The notes beneath the pieces are model-generated. The model was not told where the DNA came from and made no database searches. It saw only the letters and a program-made list of their open reading frames with translations. The position numbers and the translations under genes were made by a program. A stretch of DNA of 64,000 bases from Phoronis australis (lineage: Eukaryota; Animalia; Phoronida): NCBI GenBank assembly GCA_002633005.1, contig NMRA01000066.1, forward strand, positions 248,001-312,000, read 5' to 3'. Positions 26,701 through 38,700 of the stretch are shown piece by piece. How positions within the stretch are numbered: the stretch's first letter is position 1; each line of letters opens with the position of its first letter.

Positions 26701-29700
26701 TAAAACCTATTCATTTATGCAACTAATCACCAATAGGGTTAGGATAAAATTAATTAAAGATGGCATAAGAAGAACGAATGCATACAATTAAAACACTAAA
26801 AAGAAATTTGGTCTTCCTCCACACTTTACTATTTTAGAAGAAAAAACATAAATCTCACTTGCGCAAAAGTGCAAGTTAGTAAAAAAAGTATTATCAACTA
26901 TTTCTAGACTGTGATGCGTCCGTAATTACTTGACAAAGCCTTTTCAGCAATTGTGAAGTAAGAATGTAAGATCAACATTCTGCCTCAAGTACGTTTTAGT
27001 CACTTTCATGATTCAGGACATCAGAATCGAGATTGTTCCATAGCAAATCACCAGAGTAGAAAAGGATTGTTTACCAATGCTTGGTTTACTTCACTTTTTA
27101 TCTTGCAAACTGAAATGACTGTGGGGTATTTTGTTATGTGAAAAATATGAACGCTCAAAAGCCAAGCCAGTGACCCAATTAGACGATTTGCTCTAAGGTT
27201 ATACCCGGAGTAACTGTGTGGACCAGACTGATATTTTCAGTGTCAACAATTTTTGATAGACTTGCACCATATCTCGTATAAGACTCAGGTTTGGCGTGTT
27301 AAAATGAGTCTAGGTTAAGAAAATTCATGGTAGTTAGTTTCACGAGTCGAGCTAATCTTAAAATAATTATTTCCAGAATATTGCTATCCCAAAATGATGA
27401 CTGTTGATGGACAAATTATGACCTTTCCAACGTCGTATGCTGGTACCGTGGCGAGTGAACAGATTTGCGGCACAAGTAAGAATTGTCTCAAATTGTTGTA
27501 TTGACTTACAAAGGTAACATGCGTAGACAGTGCTACGTGTTTAATTCATGTAGGCTAGGAACCACCGTATTGTTTTCAGCGCCTGCTTGTAGCTCCATTG
27601 GTCACTTAACACCGCCAAGCCACTTGCCGTCACATCGCACTTGTGAACGTTCTGGTGAGTTCGTTCTCTCGTTACAAGATTAATTGGATATCGTGTTAAA
27701 CAAGCGGCAAACAATCCGTCTGATCAACGTTCTCGCGCTTCACTACCTTGCGCTGAACTTTCGGGAACGGGTTCATTGCTAATTAACCTATCGCCAGGAT
27801 TTTGAGTGACGGCTTAACTGACCAATCAGAACGCAGCATTCTTGACACACCCTCGTTCTCAAGCCGACATTTTACCCGACAAACAACACATTGCCGGGTA
27901 AAACTTGTTCTTTCTTTATCGACTTTTCGCAAGGGGCGGAGCTTGCTATAGGCCAAGTGTTGCGTACACGAGTCCACGGTTTCGAGTTGGGCACCAATTG
28001 GATAATTTTTACCGTCATGACACTGCAGGACTGCTTGGACACACAAACGTTCAGATTATTAATGGAGTTAGCTTTTCATCCGTGGTACCTCGGCTTCTGT
28101 TGTCAACCGATGGCGTTGACATAGTTGCCGGTGTGTTGGTATTAAAGTGGAACTTGCACGCTAATTCCTTATCTATGTGATTGTTGGTTAAATTAGCTAG
28201 TTAAACGCAACTGATAGCGACGAGGTGAATATGTTTGAAAAATGCCAAATATTTTTATGAACGAGTTTTGTGTCGAAAATAATCCACCGTAAACCACTCA
28301 ACCGTATCCAGTAAGTATCGTGACGTGATGGTGGGGAATAACACTGCGTGATGTGGCTATATGAGCCCCCAAGGTACGTCATTAGTCCAAACGTCACCTG
28401 ATTGCAGATTTTTTTGTTTTCACATTTACAAGTTGTCAATGAATACAACTGCACTTCACTTTTTTCAGCGTAGGTGACATTCAAATAGCGTAGTCGTTTA
28501 GTTCCTTCTATACATTAGCGTAATAAAGGAGCATGTAAATACATCTTTAAAGGAGAATGTCACCCGCTTTAATTAGTCGTTTTTGCCGTCTTAATCGGTC
28601 TATATCCACATCGCCTCGCATACGGTCGACCTTACCTTGCCAAGAGGTGTTGCGTTAACCTGTGAGGAAGGTGAGAAACGACGCTAGCGACGTCAGTGGT
28701 TCATATACAGAGTGAATGCCGCTATGTTGCGGTGCATCGTTCCCGCTTGTCCGAACTAAGCAGCTCCGAGGAAAGTGGGTATATCGTTTTTTACTTCCTC
28801 GAGAGTCCGAAATGGTTAGGAAGTGGCTCATGGTAATGAAGAATGAAATGTACGCTGTAAATAGCAAGTATGAGGCCGTGAAACATCTCCGTGTCTGTGG
28901 CCTGTAGACGTCTCGACAGTGCCTGACGAATGAATGCCGGCTTACCAAATAACTCCCTACGTTCCGTTGTCTGAGCTTCTTCACGGCGCCTCTCTAGTAT
29001 TTCTTCATCACTGTATTCCTGTTCGAATTGATAGCCTGTAAAACTTAACGATCCACCTGCGAAGTCGGGACTGATGAGCTCTAGCTCGTCCTAAGTCGGG
29101 ATTGCGAGTTGCCATCGTTGGCGTTTATTACTGAGCGATCTGTTTCAAAATTGTTCTCACCCTAACCAATACTTATGTAAAACTGAAACAAAGTCTGTCT
29201 CATTAGACGCAATTTGTAATGCCTTTGGAGTGTTCGTGAGTGCAAATGATTTGAGAAGCCAGCAATGAATAAATCACTGCGTTACATGGGACACCTAGGC
29301 CGTGTGAGCTCATACTAATTTAGTTTTTGCTGACAGAAACTGTTGTGAAACAACTCGATTTCCATCCCAAGGCCAGGTGTTAAGGGAATCTTTGTTTACA
29401 TTTACATTACTCAAATAATGATTGTCAATGTACGACTTCTGCCCTGACGGTGCTGTGGCCAAGAAAGCGGAACCTGACTTCGCGGTCCCCGACGAGTAAG
29501 TAGATTTGCAGTTTCGTGGCTAATTCACCAACCAACATAATCAGGTGCACATTACTTTGGGTCACTATTTTAGTATTTTCTTGGCTGGAAGTTTAGTTTC
29601 CACTGAACTTTGGGTGGTTTATGTTTGTGGCGTCTGATCAGTTTCCGAGCCACTGGCGGGGATAACGCGGAGTCAATCCGGCCGGCCGCGACGGACCTGA

Positions 29701-32700
29701 TCGGGCTCCGAGCCACTGCCTGGCCAGGCTAACAAGCGTTTTGTGTTTAGAACTCAAAAAATCACAAGTCTAAACAACACAGATCTAGGTTCTCCTGTCT
29801 GTATCTCACGGAAAATACTTTGAAATTAGCTCCGAACAGACCCCAAACTCCTGCTACGGACCTTATTGGCCTGCCGAACCGTTGTAGGCTACGGTGTGTC
29901 CAAATACCAATAAATCCGTAAGAGCGAAATAAAACAACACGTTTTTATAAGAACTCGGTGTATTTGTAAGGGTTTTACATCGAAGTTTGATGACTTATTG
30001 GTGTTAAACGATGACTTCAAGCGATAAGCTGACACCAGTAACCCGTGTTGTAAACTGCTGAACAGACTGCGTGTGAAACCGATGACGTCATTGGATAATT
30101 TCAACACCTCCGTCTGCCGTCAGGTGTCAGGTAACGCAACCGTACGTGTCGTTATGGAGTAGAACTACTCGATCTAAATTGATACAAATTAGTTTGCTTT
30201 TTGTGTGGCATGCTCCTTTAAGGCTTTAAAATTTTTTATTAAACCTGCAAAAGTGGGCGGAACCATATCAAATCTTCAAAGGGCATGCAGTTGTAATGGG
30301 GATATCACCCCATTATCAAACATTATACAATGAAATTCCAAAAAAAATATCTGCGGGATTCCTGGGCCGAACTGTGCGGTTTTGGATGGTGAAATGAAGC
30401 TATGCTTTAGAAATGGTACAATTTAAAAAATTCACAATACAAATAGCAAGAAACTGTTTAACCAAAGTATGTACAACAATAAGATAGGCGAAGCAGTTCT
30501 TACCTTTACATGTAGACATGTGGATGAATGAGATATCTATGAGTACCATCTAATAAAATTGTCCCCGTTTGTTGGACTTAGAAGCTGAAGAAGAGCTCTC
30601 CTGTGTCATTTGGTAAGATTTAGATAAATACTTCCGTACGTCCCTCACGGTTTTCACAACTTGCACAGCAGGTACTTCTCTAACGCGTGCGTGTACGCGT
30701 ACAGCGTAGAGAAACTATGCGCGATAATCTACAATGTGCTCGATCATTGGACTAAATATGTTAAAATGAGACATTTATCAAACATAGTTCAAATTGTAAA
30801 AAAGAAACTAATAAATTTTCAGAAAACCGAAATTAAATCCGTTAGACAGACACTACTTTTTGTGTGTGAAACGCTAGAAAATTACTTTGTTTACTCATCC
30901 TAATTGAAAATTCATACGAAGTCACTGTTTCAAGTTGAGCATGCGCAGCGCTTGCGCAGTCACACTGTTAAGACCTAGGTAGAATAAACGATTCGATTTT
31001 TGAATGTGCGCTTAATCGGGACACAGAGGTACAACCGGCAACAATTGATTTTCAAATGGATTGGATTTCTGCAGCACTCTCTAGTGGTTATTTTGGTCTC
31101 GACAAGTCGTCCCACTCTTTTTGAGAAGCGTTTCCAGATGTCTAGAGAACAAATTAGCAAATTACAATGAATTTGGACACAAAGTTTTGTGACAACAATG
31201 TGCTGGGGCGGAATTTTCTCCTGCAGCACCCCCTAGTAATCATTTTGTTTGGTGATCCTGCTGTAGAGAATTCCTTGTCGTGTTTTGCCCAAAATTTGTC
31301 TAGGGCGATGAATACCACTTTTCAATCCACCCCTACTTCGGGACCAGGGTCTGGTATTTTCAATATAGGATATTTAATCTCAGGGCTCTTCCACTAATCA
31401 ATTTTGAGCACATTTGCCCTCTCTCTATGCCACAACTAAAGAAAGAAAGTTTTTCCGTGTGATATATAGAAAAGCGATTGACGGATCTCAGTGGAACCTT
31501 GACACAGCGGTAAATGCATGTGGCGGCAATGTGTTTGTACCACTCAATTTTCAGGCCGATATAAATACTACAGCATCCTCTTATGGACGATTCATTTCGA
31601 AGATAAAGGCAGATACCAGCTTGAAGTGATTTCTTTATGAATAAAATAGACTAGATCTGCTGCTCTCTGGGTGTCCTGTGCTGTGCCCCTTTCTGGTGTG
31701 TTTTATTTCTGTACTGCAAATGTTGAAAACTGCATGTTTTATAGTATTTCATTAGATGTAAGTTTTACAACGTGATATAGGTTAGCAATACCCCTTTTCT
31801 AAGTTCTGACTATTACAAGTACCCCTTGTGGTCACATTTTAGTCTCTTTGTACCTTACATGTAAGCCCTCTGGTTAGAAACATATCGTTTTCGGTGTACA
31901 GTGCGCACATATCATCGCGTCACGTCCATGGTCTTGTTACATTACAGTATATCCTTTCAGCTGGTCAACCATTGGGCCTGTTGAAATGTGTGGGTAACTT
32001 CACCACAGGGCTGTCTTGGGTCGGTAGTCCACAAGTCATTCCTTGCGATGAACAAGAATCAGCCGTTACCGATCGTCTTAGAATATTGTCGCAGGTGATT
32101 AATAGACCCAGACATTATACTGATCCTGTCGTTCTATAGCGTCAGTCTGAGGGTATAGTTTGCAATTACACATGTGTAATGCTTTCCGATTTGCATGCCA
32201 GTCAGCGCCATTTTTTGTTAATGCGCGATTGAAAACTGCGAGACATTTCATTGAAGAAGAAAGAATGTACAACTTAGAGTACACGAACAAATTACACCAG
32301 GCCTCAGTTAAGACGGTTGCATATTTAAGGGTGCTTCAAAGTGGTTTACAAAAGCAGAGATTAAATGTTATCAATGACTTTGGTTTCTTGTGGTGAGTGT
32401 AACAGGGCACTGAAGTTTTTTAGATATATTAGCACACCGCTTTTGCATTATATCCAGCTTTTCATTCTCTCCCTTTGGTCCATCTTCATTAAGACCGAAC
32501 TCAGTAGACGGGTAAGAAACACGTATGCACATTGCTCGGGTGGGTGTCAGTAATGTAAGGACTTGGTCTATCAAATCGGAGTCCGAAGTCCAAACCAGTG
32601 ATCTACACGTACACACTTGCTAATTTTACGTCTAGTTCTTCACAGAACCCAAATGACGGTCCCATTTTAAGATTTTGAAATAGAAATCAGCCAACCTGTC

Positions 32701-35700
32701 ACGAACTTACGTGCAAACAACAATAATTTATTTATGTTTACGAAGGCAATCATAACAGAACGAGTAGATTCTCATTAAAATGTGGTGCCTACTCAAGTGG
32801 TTCCTATTCTGGGTTTTGACCAAAACACCTCATCGTGAGATTGTGGGTAACATAGGTGTTGGTCTCTGTATATCTGCTTGGTCTTTTTTAAAAATGTACA
32901 TTGTCAACGTTTACTGAATTTGCTAATTAACTGAATTTTTTGCTTTTGATATTTGGACATATAGAATTAATGATCCTTGGCATGCGAACTGAAGTCGAGA
33001 ACTGTGTGCACTGAATAAGTAGAGTGCAGTTATTGATAATCTTTCAGTTTCAAATTTTAATCGCCCTTAGGCCAGTTTAGGCCTTGATAAAACATGTCCC
33101 TCGTCTAGAAAGTGCTTCCTTTTCTTCTTGCATTGTAGTATCATGCGTCACATATACCTTATGGTTCAACTTAGTATTTTAGCTTTCTAGAGAACTCTTA
33201 TTACGACTCCTACTTGGAATTTAAGAGCTGAGGGCAGGGTGTACTGGTGTAACCAAGCATTCAATTTATTTCAGTAGAAGCTTTTTACACAACTCTCCTG
33301 ATTTTTGTTCAACCATCCTTTACAGTATGTAATAGTAAGAGCTTACGGTAAATATAATAGCTTGTAAAACGGATTATGAAATGCGCTTTTGTGTGTCTTT
33401 TAGGTTGCTATCAATTTTTCGAATGTGGAGTCCGTGACAAAGGAAGCTGCGGATTTAACATCGAATGCAACAGAGTTAAACTCGGCTGACATCGTATATG
33501 TGTCGATAATAATTGACCACGTTTCCCGGTTGACTAGTATCTCTCAGAAGGTAGGTATCGGTGCTCCAGGTGGAGCTTTTTTGCTCTGTGGTAAAGTGTC
33601 GTCGAGCGTCATTGTTTTGTATTGCTCTCGACGTTTACCCACTCACGTGGAGCGAGGCTTACTTGGAGGTAATGGTTGGGTTTGTGAACATGCACTACCT
33701 ACATGTAGCTGTGAACCCAATCGGTTAGTTCTTCCGAACAGGTTTGGTGATTTCGGAACGACCCATTCTCTCCAGTATTTGCACAGGGTCCTTCAGGATT
33801 TAAGGGACTCCATGTGTGGTTTGATTGAAGGTTCTGCGGTTGTTCTAAGGGTGAAGTAATACTCAACGGGGAATGGACCGACAGGGACTCATTTAGCATT
33901 TGAAAAGTGGGGTCCAAATATGTGAGATTGGCACTCGTCAAATGCAGGGATTCCGTGTGAGGTCATGCTGATATCACAGTAAAGAAAGGTATTCTCCCGA
34001 AAAACATGGCTGCCAGCATGTGCCGATAGTGTGTCATTTATGGTAAAAATAGGCGGTAATGGTTTGTGATCTTGATTTATGTCTGAATATTTATGGCATT
34101 AAACAACGAATTGTAGGTTTCGATAATTTTTTTATCAGAAATGTTTTGTTTCCTTGTTTAGCAGTCATTTTGGCTTAGCTTAACTTGAAACTGGCCTCTT
34201 TTTTTTCTCTTGGCCGTGCTGTCCGAGCTGTCATTGTTTAAAATTTACTTCCCCGTGGATGGCCATAATGGGAGCTAGATGAGTCCCTGTGGACCGATAC
34301 AGTCGAAAAATTCATAGTATTTGTGTAGAAGAAACGTTAAAGGTTTTTCACCTCACTGTGATCGTCTAGACGTGTTTCCAGCGTGTACTGTGTTGTGTGG
34401 TCTTTTAGTTGAATAGGAGGATTGAATTGAGTGTTTCCGTTCCAGTAGCGGATAGTTTTTGTCGCAAGTGAAAGCTGATGTCTTGTGGTTTGCGCGACAC
34501 AGTGGACCTGGGTGTTCACGAGAAATCGCCAAAACATGACTGTGATCCTGCTGGTTTCATGCATGTCCCCTAGGGGGAGGCGGACACGCAAATATCGCTT
34601 ATTTTCCTCGGGAAATTTTTTTACACCGAGGCTGATTAACTTGTCGAATTGTCAACACGTCGTGCTTTTTACGTAAACAAAGGGGCATGACTGGTGGAGG
34701 AAGTGTAAATGTGGATGTAGTTTCTCATATCTTGTACAGTAATGTAGACCAAAATTGCCACAATATGCCGTTAGTTTTCATTTTTATATTATACTGCAGA
34801 AAATTTCAAAGTTGATGTTACTCGTGATATTCCGGTGACTTCCGTAAAAACGTGTCAGAATTCTGACACATTTCATTTCCCGCAACCAAGCCTCAAATGG
34901 TTTTAAAAAACGATCAGCGCCATCGGCTTGGGGACGCGGCTGAGCGTACCGCGCGATCACACCACCTTCATTTGTGGGTGTTTTGCTTCTAGTCAAGTAG
35001 TACACGAGATTACGTCATTTAGCCCTTTGAAAACAACCAGATTTCATCGGATATATGTTTTAACCTGTCTTGCCGAGACAGGTGCATGTCTGGACACAAG
35101 TAGTACTAGTAATTATATTTTTTACAAACTTAGTTTACACCTGAGAGAGAACGAAACGCATTTGGCGCCTATATCTCGTTTCAGATGTCGATCGACTCAC
35201 TAATTCCCACAGCGGTATCGAGTGTATATTTTGACGTAGTCAAACACATTGTTAGGCTACCTGGACTGAGAGCAGTGCAAGTTTCTTATTGTACTATGAC
35301 TGATATGCCTCCAACCCAGTCCTCACAAGGTGATCGTAATGCTTCTATAGAATACACTTAGCCAGTCTGCGTTCCGTAGACTCCAGAAAGTCGCGGAAAG
35401 GCAAAATGTTGCAACTGACGTAAGTCCTTGCGATTATACCGCCGGGAATTACAAGCGAAGCACATGATCACACTAACTTTTATCGTCTTGTTTCTGCGAA
35501 CCCACTCCAGGTTGACTTGACTACAAGTGACTCATCCAGCTAGTGAACCATACGCAGCGTACATGTAATTGTACAAGTTTCCCTCTGTGTTGCAGGTAAC
35601 TAAATACGTCCTGTTGACCTATAACAATGTTATGGACTCTGACACGCTTGTCGTTGGAAGTTCCCAGAGAGTTTACAATGCATCGTCAAGGTATGATATT

Positions 35701-38700
35701 CGCTGAATGTATTTTATATTTCTTGTACCGCCCTTGTTCCTAGGTACAAAACCATGGAATAGGAATATTATTTGTGAAGATACTTTTGCAGAGGTCAAGT
35801 GTGAAAGATTTCTAAACGAGTGACCATTTTCTTTTAAACTACATGTACAACCTCTGATGTGTTTGCTTACTAAATGTTCCTGCATTTTGCTTATTTCAAA
35901 AATTCATGATAGAAAACGTGCTAATGTAATTGGCACGAAAGACCCAAGTAAATGGAAAGTTTAACAAGTAACGTTTTTTGCGACTTGCCGAAGAAATATA
36001 TAATTGACTAATTTTGACATTACAACCTTTTCAGATTAACAAAAGTTTTGGAATACGTTAGTAGCAAGATACCCCTCGGTGATAATTCGAGCTTTGTAGA
36101 GGTTCTGCCCAATGTTGCCTTAGCTATTTTTGACCAGGGTGTGAACACGACTGCCCTCATCCGTGGTGTCCAGCTCGTCAGCAGCAGACACGGCAACGGG
36201 ATGAACGAAACCTTGGTACAGCCATTGTTTAATGCTCGTGCAAATCGAGACATCGACTCTTCAGATATAACCATCGCTCTTCCCGCATCTGCAGTTGAAC
36301 CAAAAGGTTTGCTAATTTTTTAAATTGTGCTTTTTGACTCAATGTGCCTTGATTTATAATAAGGATCTGCGAAACACTTGCAGCGAAAAGTTTTTGCTCA
36401 GGGAACGGAAGCAGCAAATTTGCTACCAAAACATTCAACATCCCAGCCTTGCCAATCCGATTATTTTAGAGATAGATATTTTGATTTATACCACAATATT
36501 AGCGTCAAATGGCAGATACAACCGTGTAATAACCCATAAAGTTATCTCACTAGGGAGATAACGATTTAGCGGGAAACCGAGGACAGGGTCGAACCCGAGA
36601 CCCTAATATTGCTGGTCGCCGACTTTACCACTACACCATGCAGCGACTGACGTCATCAAGAGTGAAAATAGAATACTAAATGAGCACGCGCAATAATCGC
36701 ACGTTCAACAAACCGCATTGTACTGTACTTATACGCTACGAAAAATAAGACACATAGTTTCCATAAAAATGATATCTTAATACGGTGTCCTCTAACTTGT
36801 AAATCACCGTTCTCTAGTTTGAATGCGGGTATCGTGTCGTCAGGATCTTTGACTTGAGAATTACATTCAGTTACCAGTAGTAACCTACTTTAGCAGACGA
36901 TAATTTCCCGGTCGAAGCTTAGCGTGAAAAAAAACGTGTTATAAGCTATAATAGTTGGTAAACCTTAATTTATAAATTCAATATATTTCTATAATATTTA
37001 AGTTTTCAATTGGTTTTGAGTAAAGCATTATTTGACAAAAATAGCCGGGCTTTTCTTAAAAGGTCACGACCTCCGACCCCGGGCCTCTGACATAGAAAGT
37101 AGTTACAAAGCCATGGAGAGTCAGAAAAGGTAAATCGATTCATTGCAATGTTTCTCGTTTAGTATGTGGCTAACGCTTCTCGGGCGATAATTCTCCAAAA
37201 TCCACTCGGGCTCTAGATAACGGGGGATAACGACTTCGCCATGTAATAATCTATATTTATATGCTAGCAAGGTACCGAGAAACATTGACGTTTAACTGTC
37301 GTGATTTTGCGTGACTTTGCCACTTAATCTCCTTCCGAGAGGCTTGCTCTACGGAAAGCACCCCAAGTAATTGAGAACTGTGTTGTGCAACTTCTGAATA
37401 CAAGGCTTGACTAAATGCAAGCATGTATGGATCACAAATCTCATCTTTAGAAATAAATAGAAATGTCTTTTTCCGCTCAAGTATCAATGTGAGATTAGTT
37501 TCTTTTGTTTCACTTCGATAAAAAAGTTGTTGCTGTGTGTAAAATATTCACATTAACGTGTTTAACAGTTATCCTTTCCGGTATGCGGAACATGGGCCAT
37601 TTTGTCAAGGTTGTAAGTCCGACCTTATCTAAAACAGACGTGACTTCGATTATGATTTGCAAGCAGTTCCTTTGCGAGGATCAAATATCAACGTAACGCC
37701 AGTTGCAACCTTTCTCTAGGATAAAAAACGCAGCTTCTCGTTAGCAATAAAGAACCTACAACCGTCTGAGCTACATCAGGACTTGAACGACCTTTGACAA
37801 AACGGAGCCTAGGTAGTTACACGCAATGCACTGAATCTCAAAAACTGTTAACGCGACAATAGACACAACATACGTGAATAATTTCGTTGTCTTGTGAAAA
37901 ATAAAAGAACTCCAGAATTGGATTCGATTTTGAAGCGAATCGCATTGCCAAATGTCGAATGAGCGGATTGGCTGAAGATGGCAAATTATAACTAAGGCCT
38001 CTTATGATATATAGGACTGTTTCTGGCGTACCAATTCACTAAGTAAATTTCGGATATTGAGTTTATTTCCTGATTTGTTTGTGTGTTTTATCTTAGGTAT
38101 TTTGCATCTGTTCAACGAAACTAAAAACAGCAGGATCGTGTTTTCCCGGAAGTTATTCAGCGTCGATGCTTCGAAGGTCTCGAGTCGAGAGGATTGTGCT
38201 TCTTTGTGTGCTGGAAAGCGGTTTGATGTTTGTGCCAGTTTCAACTTTCATGAGGTATCAAAGGCCTGTGAACTGTTTAACTCATTCTCACAGTATGCAA
38301 ACCTGGAACCTTTGGACGGGTGGTCCGCAAACGTTTATGTCCCAGGTAGGTCCAAGTTTAGTTATGGTCAATTGAAGGACACAGGTCTTTTGCAAAGAAA
38401 TAAAAGCTATAGGTACAACAGATATAGGAAACGTATTCATACAGTTTATTTGCGCCTAAATGTATTTGCGTAGCAGCGCTCATATCCTGTGAAAAACCGA
38501 TGAGCGTCTTTAAATATATTATGCGGGTTATACAAGATATATCGACAACAAAATAATATTCGTTAACATGTAAATTTCCCACTAACCACTGAATTTAATG
38601 TACTAATGATGAACAGACACGATAATCTCCCAGTTCAATGCACGCACACATACAAGTAGTTTGGACAAAGAAAGAGGGAAATCGTCGGCAATTCCGGAAG

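Noticed and set aside
36571-36644. Functional tRNA gene
   Set aside because: A and B boxes are present but the acceptor stem does not pair
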